Sequence record: NC_133119.1
Origin: Escherichia phage EscoHU1
DNA: 64,000 bases
Direction: 5' to 3' (one strand)
Part shown: in pieces, positions 45,752-55,715 of the stretch
How positions within the stretch are numbered: position 1 is the first letter of the stretch
Layout: each line of letters begins with the position of its first letter
Notes under the pieces: generated by a model
Told to the model about the DNA's origin: nothing
Databases searched by the model: none
The model's input: the letters and a program-made list of their open reading frames with translations, nothing else
Made by a program: the position numbers and the translations under genes

Positions 45752-46131
45752 ATACATTTTTAAATTGAGAGACTAGTAAACCGATAAACAGCCTAGAGGC
45801 GCCACAGGCCATATCTTATGAGCCATGTACCTTTGATCTAGGGTTTGAATCATCAACGAATACTTTGCATCTTTTAGCTTTAGAAGGTTAGAAGTTTGAG
45901 TTCTTTTAACTTTTCAGCTTTCATACTTGAGCGTTGATCTTTGAAGTTGTGTTGGTACTACCAACGACCGTTTTTACAGTTCAGCTTAAGAGGCTGGTGT
46001 AATAAACATAATCTCCAATAGATTATACTTTATAGTATGGTCAGCGGTCTTATTTAACCTCGTATTTCAACCGCTGCTGCGAGGTAAGATGCTTGGGCTT
46101 TCGTCTACCGATTTACTAGTCTTTTAAATTA

Positions 46132-46770
46132 TTACTCTACTTCGATGAAAGTAGAGGCGTTGGACTCAGACAGAACAAAGTCAACGTTAGTTGCAAAGTC
46201 CTGGTATTCTTCGTCGTGTTGCTTGATCAGCTTTTCTAGCTCCAGCGGATCGATCAGGAACGGAGTGTTCTTGAGTTCCAGCAGGTTAAGCTGCATCTTA
46301 ACTTCATCCTCGGAAGTCTTCTTGTCGCGGGTAGCCATGGTATCCTGCAGACGCTCATACTTGGCGTCAAACTGAGCCTTCTGAGTGTTAAACTTAACAG
46401 TAGCAGCATGGAACTGCTTACGCATGTTAGCCAGCAACTGAGCTTTGAGTTCCATAGAACGCTTAGCTTCGATTGCTTCCGCAACAGTCATAGAGCGAGA
46501 ACCGATCTCTACAACAGTTTCAGCATTGCTCTTGATCAGCGCTGCTTTCAGATGATCACGCTGGGTCATCATATCCAGCAGAGACTGGAAATCAGTTTTA
46601 ATACGAGTAGACAGAGCATCTACTTCGATTGCAGCACCAACGACAACTTGATTCTTGTCTTTACCTTCACCAACAGCAATCAAAAGCTGTTGTTCAGTAG
46701 CTTTACGGATTTTAGCTTCCAGAGACTTGATAGTTGCCAGAGCACGAGTTTTAGAGATACGAGTAGACAT
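46132..46770 (-). CDS. hypothetical coiled-coil protein
   Basis: 212 aa ORF. Confidence 0.5.
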   Translation of the reverse strand: MSTRISKTRALATIKSLEAKIRKATEQQLLIAVGEGKDKNQVVVGAAIEVDALSTRIKTDFQSLLDMMTQRDHLKAALIKSNAETVVEIGSRSMTVAEAIEAKRSMELKAQLLANMRKQFHAATVKFNTQKAQFDAKYERLQDTMATRDKKTSEDEVKMQLNLLELKNTPFLIDPLELEKLIKQHDEEYQDFATNVDFVLSESNASTFIEVE

Positions 46771-46824
46771 TATTTGCTTCCTTATATGAAGTTTGAGATT
46801 TGAATTTGTTTTAAAAACGGTCTA

Positions 46825-47007
46825 TTACAGACCGATTGCCAGCAGAGTGCGCAGAACAGTATCAGAACTGTTATCAATATTCGGATTGGCGCGATTCAGT
46901 ACGTTAAAGATTTTCTGGATGCCGGACTGACGTTCAGCCATATGACGCAGACCCAGGTTACGTTTTGCTACTTTACCATTTTTACGGACGTTTTTAGATA
47001 CTGGCAT
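46825..47007 (-). CDS. small basic protein
   Basis: 60 aa ORF. Confidence 0.35.
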   Translation of the reverse strand: MPVSKNVRKNGKVAKRNLGLRHMAERQSGIQKIFNVLNRANPNIDNSSDTVLRTLLAIGL

Positions 47008-47047
47008 AATTGTTTTCCTTTTGTTGTTCTCTCAAATTTATGAATAT

Positions 47048-47076
47048 ATTATACAGGATTTTGGAGCTGAAAGCAA
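47048..47076 (-). promoter_or_regulatory. early sigma70 promoter (-35 TTGCTT, -10 TATAAT)
   Basis: 17-bp spacer. Confidence 0.7.
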
Positions 47077-47077
47077 A

Positions 47078-47779
47078 TCAAATTTTGATTTTTTCGATCA
47101 TGACGGCTACACAATAACTTTCAACTAAAGCATCGAATGCTGGATCATGCTTCACAGGATAGATTCCATAACGAATGGTGTCCATCTTTTCCATTTTAGC
47201 TTTTGCCCAGCTAGCACCTTCGGCTTCTAGATCTTTATAGCTATAACCAGCTTGCATCCACTGATTACGGAAAGATCGAACGTTACCTAAGTTCCAGAAT
47301 TTCCACGGAACTATTTCTTCATGGGTTCCGGCATGGAACGTATTTGCAGAGTAGATTGTCATATCAAACTCTGGGCCATTGCCGTAATACAGAGCATTAT
47401 CTCCTAGAGACAATTCCATAATGTTCTGAGCCATAGAGAAGGCAGCATAATTAGAGCCTACGTCATTAGTGCAGTGATGCTTACCATCACGGAAGGCAAT
47501 CAGTTTAGGATTACGACCATTTAGAGCCTCCATAATATGGAGCGCAGATGGACTGTTTTTAGCTTGATCCATCCAGAATGCAATAGTAGAGGCAGTTACC
47601 TTAGCACCCGCATTAAGCTGATCTTGAACGTCTAGAGTAACGAATACCAGATCAGGATCTTTATCAATTCCGTGCATCGCTACAAAAGCGAAAGAAGGCA
47701 TTGCAATATGAGTAGTACCGCAATTTCCTGGAGTACCTAGAGATTCAATGTCCAGCATACCAAAGGGCTTGAATTTCAT
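47078..47779 (-). CDS. hypothetical protein, possible DEDD-type exonuclease
   Basis: 233 aa; N-terminal MLDIESLG motif; assignment tentative. Confidence 0.4.
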   Translation of the reverse strand: MKFKPFGMLDIESLGTPGNCGTTHIAMPSFAFVAMHGIDKDPDLVFVTLDVQDQLNAGAKVTASTIAFWMDQAKNSPSALHIMEALNGRNPKLIAFRDGKHHCTNDVGSNYAAFSMAQNIMELSLGDNALYYGNGPEFDMTIYSANTFHAGTHEEIVPWKFWNLGNVRSFRNQWMQAGYSYKDLEAEGASWAKAKMEKMDTIRYGIYPVKHDPAFDALVESYCVAVMIEKIKI

Positions 47780-47809
47780 AATTATGTCCTTTATTGTTGT
47801 AGAAAGCTA

Positions 47810-48022
47810 TTAAAGAGCTGTCTCTTTAATAGAATCCCACTGTTTGGGGTCTTTCAGAGGAAGTTCCTCTTCTTCAAACAGGTCTGTTCCATTTTCGTTA
47901 ACATCCCAGTTTTCTTCCATGATCTCTTCTAGAAGCTCATGTTTAGAAAGACGAGTGTAGTCTCTAGCAGATTTATGAGTGCTAGCACGATTAAAATCAT
48001 TCTTTGCAACGAAGTTACGCAT
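47810..48022 (-). CDS. hypothetical protein
   Basis: 70 aa ORF. Confidence 0.4.
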   Translation of the reverse strand: MRNFVAKNDFNRASTHKSARDYTRLSKHELLEEIMEENWDVNENGTDLFEEEELPLKDPKQWDSIKETAL

Positions 48023-48039
48023 AGTTTCTCCAAATAAGA

Positions 48040-48053
48040 GGGGCTTTCGCCCC
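48040..48053 (-). terminator. short hairpin terminator (GGGGC-TTTC-GCCCC)
   Basis: After stop of gene 48064-48279. Confidence 0.4.
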
Positions 48054-48063
48054 CTGATTTAAA

Positions 48064-48279
48064 TTACTTGCCCAGCAGTTTAAGGATATTTTCCTTAATA
48101 GTTTGAGCAGATTTTTCACTCTTATTGGTTTCAGCCAGTTTCAGAGCGAGTTCTTCCTGCTGTTTCTGAATATCAGCAGCAGTTTTCTGGTCAGCTTCAA
48201 TACGAGCTTGAAGTTCATCAGTAATAGTGGTAAAGGAAGCAACGATTTCAGTAACGGAACGTGGTTTCTTAGAGAACAT
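48064..48279 (-). CDS. small coiled-coil protein
   Basis: 71 aa ORF. Confidence 0.4.
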   Translation of the reverse strand: MFSKKPRSVTEIVASFTTITDELQARIEADQKTAADIQKQQEELALKLAETNKSEKSAQTIKENILKLLGK

Positions 48280-48315
48280 AAAAATATCCTTAATTAGTCA
48301 GAGAAAGAGTTAATA

Positions 48316-48331
48316 TATGGGGCTTTCGCCC
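48316..48331 (-). terminator. short hairpin (TGGGGC-TTTC-GCCCCA)
   Basis: After stop of gene 48341-48856. Confidence 0.35.
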
Positions 48332-48340
48332 CATTAATCA

Positions 48341-48856
48341 TTACTTCGCTTTACGCTTACGAGCAGGTTTAGCGGATTTACGCTCAGAAGCACCAGTAAA
48401 CTTAATACCGATACCATAGCACAGAGCGCGAACGTTGTCACGGCTATACTCTACACCGAAAATATTCGGTTTAACGGAGCCAAACTGTCCACGGGATTCA
48501 CGCATTACGTCAGCCATTGGCTTACGCTTCTGATTGACTGCTTTTTCATAGTCTTTCAGAGCCATACCGTTGCGGGCGAACATCTCAGCACCGCCGTTAA
48601 AGCTCAGAGTTACTGGTACAGACTTATGACCTTCACCTTTTATGAACACAACCTGCTTAGCAGTTGCGCGAGTAGAGTTCTTGGCCTTCGGCTTCTGGCG
48701 AACCGGAGCCGGAGACTTCAGGGCAGTCTGAGCCTGAGCATCAGTAGGATGCTTACGCAGATGACGTTCCAGACGAGTCTTACGATTGGCTTCGGTCTGA
48801 GTGAAAGTTTTAACTGCCGGAGCTGCCTGAGTTTTTGCGTTTTTCTGCTTAGCCAT
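48341..48856 (-). CDS. basic, probably nucleic-acid-binding protein
   Basis: 171 aa, Lys/Arg-rich termini. Confidence 0.45.
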   Translation of the reverse strand: MAKQKNAKTQAAPAVKTFTQTEANRKTRLERHLRKHPTDAQAQTALKSPAPVRQKPKAKNSTRATAKQVVFIKGEGHKSVPVTLSFNGGAEMFARNGMALKDYEKAVNQKRKPMADVMRESRGQFGSVKPNIFGVEYSRDNVRALCYGIGIKFTGASERKSAKPARKRKAK

Positions 48857-48894
48857 TATTTGTTTTCCTTTTTGTTGATCAATTTATGAGATAT

Positions 48895-48923
48895 ATTATA
48901 CGAAATTTTGAAGCGTTTAGCAA
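48895..48923 (-). promoter_or_regulatory. early sigma70 promoter (-35 TTGCTA, -10 TATAAT)
   Basis: 17-bp spacer. Confidence 0.7.
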
Positions 48924-48939
48924 ATGAATTTTTTAAAAA

Positions 48940-49218
48940 TTATCTGCCGATCATCTTAGCTTGTTCCTCACTGGAAACGTACTGATAACCACCCTTGTTA
49001 TATGCAGGAGCAGTACACAGTTTCTTGCGCTCAATTTCTTCTTGAGCTTTGCGTTCCCTTTCGGCTAATTCTTCATCTAGGTAAACTAGACGTTGCTCCG
49101 GAGGTGGTGGAAGCCTAGTTTCTGGCTCACCAATATTTGCCTTTCTGATCTGACGCGGAGATTGTGCGCGTTTTCTCAAAGGTTTAAATCCTAATGAGTT
49201 TGAGTTGTAAATTCGCAT
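48940..49218 (-). CDS. hypothetical protein
   Basis: 92 aa ORF. Confidence 0.4.
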   Translation of the reverse strand: MRIYNSNSLGFKPLRKRAQSPRQIRKANIGEPETRLPPPPEQRLVYLDEELAERERKAQEEIERKKLCTAPAYNKGGYQYVSSEEQAKMIGR

Positions 49219-49245
49219 AAAGCCCTCCTCACTTTCAATACGAAT

Positions 49246-49274
49246 ATTATACTAAATTCGAGGGCTTTAAGCAA
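49246..49274 (-). promoter_or_regulatory. early sigma70 promoter (-35 TTGCTT, -10 TATAAT) inside a 9-bp inverted repeat
   Basis: AAAGCCCTC...GAGGGCTTT flanks the -10. Confidence 0.6.
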
Positions 49275-49294
49275 GTGAATTTTTAAATTATTTA

Positions 49295-49783
49295 TTACAT
49301 CTCAGCAAGTTCTTGCTCAGTAATTACAGTATTGCATAGAGCATCAACTTCTTCGTTACCACGAATACCTGAGTGACCTTTAACCTTAACAAAGGTTGGG
49401 TTAGTATCATGGAAATTAATATACTGTTGAGTTAGTTTAAACGCTTCTTGCCAGAGTTCTAGATTAAGAGGAGTTTCACCATCTCCTTTCTTCCATCCTT
49501 TCTTCTGCCAAGACCACATCCAGCTTTCCATACCATTTTTGCAGTAAGCAGAATCAGTGTAGATAATTACTGGACGATTATCTTTCTTAGTAGACCAACG
49601 AAGAACTTCAACAATTGCAGTAAGTTCCATTTCGTTATTAGTAGTTTTATGGCTGAAGCCAGATTTAGAGCCAATACGATCATCATTATCATTATAGACA
49701 ACGAATCCCCACGCACCTAAACCAGGATTGCCCTTACATGCACCATCTGTATATATGTGGAAAACCGACATTATTTGCTCCAA
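49295..49783 (-). CDS. rnh: ribonuclease H (RNase HI)
   Basis: 162 aa; TDGACKGNPG, ELTA, TDS, KGHSG..NEEVD motifs. Confidence 0.8.
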   Translation of the reverse strand: MEQIMSVFHIYTDGACKGNPGLGAWGFVVYNDNDDRIGSKSGFSHKTTNNEMELTAIVEVLRWSTKKDNRPVIIYTDSAYCKNGMESWMWSWQKKGWKKGDGETPLNLELWQEAFKLTQQYINFHDTNPTFVKVKGHSGIRGNEEVDALCNTVITEQELAEM

Positions 49784-50040
49784 TCAATTTCAAGCCAAAA
49801 ACCTTCACGCTGCTCATACTTAGCTTCCACAACATAACCTAGTTTGCTAAGTTTTTGCATGACGCTATTTCTAGCATTTTCTGAATATTCAGTCAATCCC
49901 TGGATGTGACAGTTAAATTCTTTATCTTTGATGGCTTTGTCAATCTCTACGGCAATAAGTGACTCTAAGTCAATTACTTCCTTTTTAATACTAGCAATAG
50001 TATTTTGTTTTGCTTCTAAAGCAGATAAAAGAATAGACAT
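49771..50040 (-). CDS. hypothetical protein
   Basis: 89 aa ORF. Confidence 0.45.
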   Translation of the reverse strand: MSILLSALEAKQNTIASIKKEVIDLESLIAVEIDKAIKDKEFNCHIQGLTEYSENARNSVMQKLSKLGYVVEAKYEQREGFWLEIDWSK

Positions 50041-50294
50041 TATTTTTCACCTTCTATAATGACCCTAGTCGCTGGTGGAACTGGCGGCATAGGTGGGATA
50101 CGTGGATGACCTCTCTGTGCATCATTTGGTGCTCTTGGTGGTTCAAGTCTAATTGCCCTTAATTCCTTTTCTAGGAATTGTTCTAACGCCCGTTCTATGA
50201 AATGATCGAAAGGTAAATGGTAATACTGAGACAGAGCTAAGAACCTGCGTTCTTGACTTTGTGTTAAATAAACTTTCTTTTTAAAGAGTCCCAT
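50040..50294 (-). CDS. hypothetical protein
   Basis: Start set at MGLFKKK after GGAGA RBS; track ORF extends into promoter. Confidence 0.45.
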   Translation of the reverse strand: MGLFKKKVYLTQSQERRFLALSQYYHLPFDHFIERALEQFLEKELRAIRLEPPRAPNDAQRGHPRIPPMPPVPPATRVIIEGEK

Positions 50295-50318
50295 AAGTGT
50301 CTCCAATTTATAAAATAT

Positions 50319-50347
50319 ATTATATTTTAATTTCACTCAGTAAGCAA
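50319..50347 (-). promoter_or_regulatory. early sigma70 promoter (-35 TTGCTT, -10 TATAAT)
   Basis: 17-bp spacer. Confidence 0.7.
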
Positions 50348-50364
50348 ATGAAATTTAAATATAA

Positions 50365-50380
50365 TAGCCCCGAAGGGCTA
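50365..50380 (-). terminator. hairpin terminator (TAGCCC-CGAA-GGGCTA)
   Basis: Directly after thyA stop. Confidence 0.45.
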
Positions 50381-50386
50381 TTTGAA

Positions 50387-51241
50387 TTAGACTGTGAATG
50401 GGTATGCAATAGCAGGATGGTGTTCATAGCCACGAACAGTAAAATCATCTTTATTTACCCACGTTAATACATCATCCAAAGTTTGGATATTTGGATTGAT
50501 TTCTAAAGTAGGAGATGCAAAAGGTTCACGATCGAATTGCTTGTGTTCCAGCAGAACATTATACTGATCTTCATAGATATGAAGATTAATAATCTTTTGA
50601 CGAGCAATACCTGGCTTAAGACCTGTAATCTGTGCCATAATAGCTAGAAGTGCATAGCATTGCACCATATTAAATACTTGGCCCAGCAAGAAATCATTAG
50701 ACCTCTGGAAAGAGTTTAGGTATAGTGTATCACCTAAAATAGAGAATTGATGGGTATGCATACACGGACGTAGGCATCCTTTACGAAATTCCCCAGGGTT
50801 CCAAAAAGTTAAAATTTCTCCACGATCGTCAATCCCTCTTTTCAAATTATGATAGACTTTGGCTAACTGATCAAATACCATACCATCAGAATTAGTCCAA
50901 TGACGTCCTTGAACACCATAGACTCGTCCCATATCATCCTCGCCTTTACGGAATGGATTACCTAGCCAGGCAATATTTTCATTTGCATTAGCATTCCATG
51001 TATTAACACCAATAGCGCGGAATTGTGCTGCTGAGTCGTACCCACGGAGATATCCGATCATTTCCATTATTGCTTGTTTAGCAAATGCTTTACGAGTAGT
51101 TACTAGCGGCAGTTCTCCTGCTCCTACGTTAAAGGTAAAGTCTGCATCAATAATGGTTAGGCAACGAACCCCTGTTCTAGGATTCGTTACCCATACACCC
51201 TCTTCAAGAATACGTTTTCCAGTTTCAATATATTGCTTCAT
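50387..51241 (-). CDS. thyA: thymidylate synthase
   Basis: 284 aa; [10 protein letters not shown] and PCMHTHQF active-site region. Confidence 0.85.
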   Translation of the reverse strand: MKQYIETGKRILEEGVWVTNPRTGVRCLTIIDADFTFNVGAGELPLVTTRKAFAKQAIMEMIGYLRGYDSAAQFRAIGVNTWNANANENIAWLGNPFRKGEDDMGRVYGVQGRHWTNSDGMVFDQLAKVYHNLKRGIDDRGEILTFWNPGEFRKGCLRPCMHTHQFSILGDTLYLNSFQRSNDFLLGQVFNMVQCYALLAIMAQITGLKPGIARQKIINLHIYEDQYNVLLEHKQFDREPFASPTLEINPNIQTLDDVLTWVNKDDFTVRGYEHHPAIAYPFTV

Positions 51242-51768
51242 TTAAATATCACCAATTCTTGTAAGAATGAAAGCGTTTTATCTGCATTCTGTCCTGCCAC
51301 ATAGTCCATTCTAGTTGCCATTGAATTAGTTAAAGTAATATGATGATGCAGATGTACATCAGCAGATAATGGTGTGGCTGAAGTAATAGTAGAGATATAC
51401 GCCATATCTAGATGATTTTTGACATACATTTCAAGAAGCAGAGTTGCTCCCCCTAATACTACAGTTACCTCTTCCTTGAGAAAATCAGGCAGACGGTATC
51501 CAATGTTGCTTATGCGTGTAGCTGATCTTATAGAGTTCGGTAGTGGTCTATTTGCATAAATAAATAGGTCAGAATCTCCTAGTATTCTTTTTTGCAGAGT
51601 CTCAGGGAATGCTAACCAAGTTCCTGCTCCTACAATAATATTGTCAGGTGCCAGAGAATCCAATGTAGCATAGAAGATATCTAGTTCTTCTTTGAAAGAA
51701 CCCCAGGGGAGCTTACCATTGAGGCCGAACTCCCCATTCGGCCCAGTTGCATAGATTGCTGTTATCAT
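51238..51768 (-). CDS. frd: dihydrofolate reductase
   Basis: 176 aa; [19 protein letters not shown]-terminus; overlaps thyA start. Confidence 0.7.
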   Translation of the reverse strand: MITAIYATGPNGEFGLNGKLPWGSFKEELDIFYATLDSLAPDNIIVGAGTWLAFPETLQKRILGDSDLFIYANRPLPNSIRSATRISNIGYRLPDFLKEEVTVVLGGATLLLEMYVKNHLDMAYISTITSATPLSADVHLHHHITLTNSMATRMDYVAGQNADKTLSFLQELVIFK

Positions 51769-52913
51769 TAGAACATATCCTCAAATTCGTTGCCAAGATC
51801 TTTCAGAGTATCAGCAGAGGTTTCAGTTACTTGACCTACACGGTACGCTGCACCAATCTGAATCTCTTGTGGAGCAGGTTGTAAAGATGTAGTATCCAAC
51901 CAGTTCATAATCCACGGAATAGGGTTCTTAGTAATTACAGGTAAGTGGCTTGGCCATTCTACACCAATGTGCATAAATGCGTTACGTCCTACAAAGTAAA
52001 GGTATTCTTCAAGCAATTCTGCGTTCAAACCAATCAGACTGCGGCCTTTAAAGATAAAGTGGCCCCATTCAATCTCAGTTTTCAGAGTTTTTAGGAGTTG
52101 TGCTGGTGCTTTAGCTAATGCTTCATCTACCAGATCTTTATCAAACTGCTGGAACATAATCTGGATGATAGCTTTAGACATTTGAGTATGTAGAGCTTCA
52201 TCTTTAGCGATTAATTGCAGGTTCTTAGCAATACCTTGCAGAATATCGTTCTCTGCTAGAGCAAAGGTACATGCAAAGGATGCGTAGAACTGCATTGCTT
52301 CCAGACCGTAGATTGCAAAGTAAGCATCTAACAGCTTAGCCTGAGTTTCACGTTTAACTTCAGGGAACTCAGTTTCTGGATAAGTATTATCACCACGATG
52401 ATCACGTACTGCAAGGAAATACTGACCTAACAGATACAATTCATCAAACAGTTCAACAGAATCTGCGATACGTGCAAATGCTTCTTGGTTTTTAGTTACA
52501 GAATCAATAAATTCTGCTGGATCAGTCAGAACGTTACGAATAATATTACTATACGCACGGCTGTGCAGATCTTCGAAGTAGCTCCACTGCTTGAGCATAC
52601 CCTCCAATTCAGGACGGCTTACAAGCGGCATAATAGCTGCTTCAGGAGCACGGCTAATGAAAGAATCTGTTTGGGTCTGCCATGCTAAGTTCAGGAGAGT
52701 AATTTCCTGAATATCACGCGGGAGGTTTGGCCATTGTTTCTTATCGGCTTCCAGACTGATTTCAGTTTCAGTCCAAAATTGAGAACGTTGCAGAAGTGCT
52801 AGACGCTCAAGTTCAGGATGTGCTACACGAACGTAATCTGCGATACCAAGAGAATCGCCCAGGAAAAGGTCAGCGTTAGTATGATCCCAATTCAGGTTTA
52901 GTAAAGTAGTCAT
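51768..52913 (-). CDS. nrdB: ribonucleotide reductase small subunit (class Ia beta)
   Basis: 381 aa; position directly downstream of nrdA and family resemblance. Confidence 0.8.
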   Translation of the reverse strand: MTTLLNLNWDHTNADLFLGDSLGIADYVRVAHPELERLALLQRSQFWTETEISLEADKKQWPNLPRDIQEITLLNLAWQTQTDSFISRAPEAAIMPLVSRPELEGMLKQWSYFEDLHSRAYSNIIRNVLTDPAEFIDSVTKNQEAFARIADSVELFDELYLLGQYFLAVRDHRGDNTYPETEFPEVKRETQAKLLDAYFAIYGLEAMQFYASFACTFALAENDILQGIAKNLQLIAKDEALHTQMSKAIIQIMFQQFDKDLVDEALAKAPAQLLKTLKTEIEWGHFIFKGRSLIGLNAELLEEYLYFVGRNAFMHIGVEWPSHLPVITKNPIPWIMNWLDTTSLQPAPQEIQIGAAYRVGQVTETSADTLKDLGNEFEDMF

Positions 52914-52944
52914 TGATTTTCCTCTTTCTCACTATTTCAGGAAT

Positions 52945-52973
52945 ATTATAGCAAATCTGGTAGCGATTAGCAA
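52945..52973 (-). promoter_or_regulatory. early sigma70 promoter (-35 TTGCTA, -10 TATAAT) before nrdB
   Basis: 17-bp spacer. Confidence 0.7.
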
Positions 52974-52991
52974 GTAAAATTTCAAAGAAAA

Positions 52992-53011
52992 AGGAGACCC
53001 GAAGATCTCCT
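52992..53011. terminator. hairpin terminator (AGGAGA-loop-TCTCCT) with T-runs on both sides
   Basis: After nrdA stop. Confidence 0.5.
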
Positions 53012-53019
53012 TGTTTTTA

Positions 53020-55350
53020 TTATAACTGACAGCCTCCTGATGCACAGCCTACTGCTTCTTCACCAGCTCCACCACCATTTTCAGTATTAAAATTAGCATA
53101 ATACCAAGTTTTTATACCATACTTAACAGCGATCATGAAGTCACGAACTACTACTGGGCCTGGAATGATTTCATTCTCGAATTTAGAGTAGTCATAATAC
53201 GACTGGAAGCTTGAAGACTGATTCAGGAACTTCTGGTAAACAGCATTCCACTTAATATACTCTACCCTATCAATGTCATAAGCCAGTTTATAGCTCATTA
53301 ATGTATCCCAATCAGTTGCACCTGGAGCAATTGCAATTACTTTATTCACTGCACTACCCTTGATAGATACAATCTTACGAGGCGGTTCAATAGAGTTAGT
53401 AACACCTAGCAGTACAGAGGAACTTTCACCCGGCATCTGAGCAGTCAGAACGGAGTTACGCATACCATATTTCAGGATATCTGCACGTAGAGATTCCCAA
53501 TCCATTTCTAGATCTACAGTTACCAGTTCATCAACAGTTTTCTTGTACGTGTCGATTACCAGAGTTCCTTGTGAAGGCTTAGTACGATTAAACCAGTCAC
53601 ATGCACCTTGTTCTTTAGCCAGACGTACAGAGGCTTTATGCAGGAAGTAGGACAGCTTTTCAGCTTCACGGTGAATCCAGTTACGGGCTTCAACACCTTC
53701 GTAAGCCAAACCTTCTGCTGCCATTGCACCTGCTGCGTTCATCAGGCCAATACCAACGTTTCGACGTTTCTTAGCCGTGTATTCCATAGTTGGGAATGGG
53801 TAATCCTGAATCTCGATGATTGTATCAACGAATTTCAGAAGAATGTAGCAAGTTTTCTCCCATTCAGCCAGAGATTCCATACGACCTAGTACAACACCAC
53901 CTAAGTTACACAGAGATACTTCACCAATATCTTCTGGACGCATATCGTCTAACTGATCTTGGGTCTTATACAGCTCCGTAATGTGATGGAATGGACGGGT
54001 TGGCTGAGTAATTTCAACACAAAGGTTGGTCATACGAATCGGGTCAAGGAAGTTACCATGACGGTTAGATTCACCAATGTGATGAGCATACATACGCCCT
54101 GTTTCCATACGGATACGTAACCAAGTATCTAGGATTTCTTTTGCAGAGATTCTAGGAGCTGCTGGAATTGTTTTTCCTTCGTGGTCGATCTTTGTAAGAG
54201 ATGCCACACGTTTCTCCGCTGCCACGTAGATTTCTTCAAACTTAGCCTCATCTTCTCCATAAAACGCTTCATGAACTTCTGGTGCGTAGAAGTAGGACAT
54301 TAGCGTAATATCTTCGTTTTTCAGGTAACGTTTTAACAGAAGGTTGTTAAAGCTCAGAGAGTAATCCATCTTATCGATTTTATTCTCGTCTGTAGCACGT
54401 TGCTGCTTAACCTGCATCAACTGAATGATTTCAGGATCGAAGTATGGGTAAGACACAGTAGCAGAACCACCACGGGTTTGCTGAGTGTTAGCTTTTACTG
54501 ATCGGTCAATGTGTCGATAATATGGCAGTTTTCCGGAATGCGGGAATGCCCCATTTCGCACCGGATCAGCAATTGATCGGCTTTCAAGATGATACCCGAT
54601 TCCCGCTCTGGCCGCGACCATTTTGAATACGATGTGCTCGGCTGTGTCGATGCTGTCCAGTGTGTCAGTGGAATCCACGAGGCAGCAACTAGCAAATCCA
54701 CGGTCACTAGAGCGCAGACCAACCAGTGGCGGCGTAGGAACGTTGATTTTGTGGAGTGACATTGCGTTGTAGAGGTCGATTGCATCTAGGATTGTCCAGT
54801 TAGGTTGAGATAACATCGCCATTGCCATACCCATGTAGGCAAACTGCGGGGTTTCATAAATTTCACCAGTTGCAATATTACGACGGGAATACTTGTCGAA
54901 GAACTGTTTCAGTCCACCACTAGTGAATAAACGATCGCGATCATGATCAATAACTTGGTTCAGAGCGTCAAACTGATCATCGCTAATCCATGCACTCATG
55001 TCTTCCCAAGCGCCGACACGAACCATATGATCGTGGAAGAAACGCAGAGAAGGAGGTTCAAAGGAATCATATAGGCGTTTACGCATCTGCGCAAGACGTA
55101 ATTCCTTTGCTACAGTATCATATGCTGGGTTGTCTTTGATAAGACCTTCAGCGGCTTTAATTAACACATCTTGGAGTGTATCGGAGTCTACAACACCTTT
55201 GGGCAGATTTTTCAGGGCAGCCATAACTACGGCAGACCAACTTACGTCAGTATCTTTACATGCCCACGCAGCCCAATCATTGAGTTTTTCAGGAGCAAAG
55301 TCCTGAACAGTACCGTCACGTTTAATTACTTTTTCGATACGATGGCTCAT
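53020..55350 (-). CDS. nrdA: ribonucleotide reductase large subunit (class Ia alpha)
   Basis: MSHRIEKVIKRDGT start aligns with E. coli NrdA N-terminus; AAGGAAAG RBS; track's 35-aa extension trimmed. Confidence 0.85.
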   Translation of the reverse strand: MSHRIEKVIKRDGTVQDFAPEKLNDWAAWACKDTDVSWSAVVMAALKNLPKGVVDSDTLQDVLIKAAEGLIKDNPAYDTVAKELRLAQMRKRLYDSFEPPSLRFFHDHMVRVGAWEDMSAWISDDQFDALNQVIDHDRDRLFTSGGLKQFFDKYSRRNIATGEIYETPQFAYMGMAMAMLSQPNWTILDAIDLYNAMSLHKINVPTPPLVGLRSSDRGFASCCLVDSTDTLDSIDTAEHIVFKMVAARAGIGYHLESRSIADPVRNGAFPHSGKLPYYRHIDRSVKANTQQTRGGSATVSYPYFDPEIIQLMQVKQQRATDENKIDKMDYSLSFNNLLLKRYLKNEDITLMSYFYAPEVHEAFYGEDEAKFEEIYVAAEKRVASLTKIDHEGKTIPAAPRISAKEILDTWLRIRMETGRMYAHHIGESNRHGNFLDPIRMTNLCVEITQPTRPFHHITELYKTQDQLDDMRPEDIGEVSLCNLGGVVLGRMESLAEWEKTCYILLKFVDTIIEIQDYPFPTMEYTAKKRRNVGIGLMNAAGAMAAEGLAYEGVEARNWIHREAEKLSYFLHKASVRLAKEQGACDWFNRTKPSQGTLVIDTYKKTVDELVTVDLEMDWESLRADILKYGMRNSVLTAQMPGESSSVLLGVTNSIEPPRKIVSIKGSAVNKVIAIAPGATDWDTLMSYKLAYDIDRVEYIKWNAVYQKFLNQSSSFQSYYDYSKFENEIIPGPVVVRDFMIAVKYGIKTWYYANFNTENGGGAGEEAVGCASGGCQL

Positions 55351-55471
55351 TTGGCTTTCCTTTTTGTAGTTATCAGGATTTAGGAAATAGTTTACTTTAT
55401 TCTCAGTCATTTGGCAAATAAAATTTTCTGATAGAAAAGGCCCAAGTATTTTCATACCCAGGCCTTCTATA

Positions 55472-55714
55472 TTACCAGTCTAGTTTTTCGGCTTGATTAA
55501 TTACTTTTGCTTTCGCATTTGCCCTCAAAAGAATATCTACTGATGTTGAAAGTTCATTATAATTAAAAGGCCGATTTGGATTAGAGGCTACAATTTTCCA
55601 CGCTAGGGTAGTCTTAGGACTTTCTTCCCCTTCCTTACGTGTAATCATATTAGCAGCACTCAGTGAAGTACGGTGGATCTTAGTTTTGCGGTGCAGATGT
55701 ACGACGTTTCCCAT
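55472..55714 (-). CDS. hypothetical protein
   Basis: 80 aa ORF. Confidence 0.4.
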   Translation of the reverse strand: MGNVVHLHRKTKIHRTSLSAANMITRKEGEESPKTTLAWKIVASNPNRPFNYNELSTSVDILLRANAKAKVINQAEKLDW

Positions 55715-55715
55715 A

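Noticed and set aside
53020-55455. 811-aa version of nrdA from the ORF track
   Set aside because: The first 35 codons have no counterpart in NrdA proteins; the internal Met with an RBS at 55350 gives the expected N-terminus.
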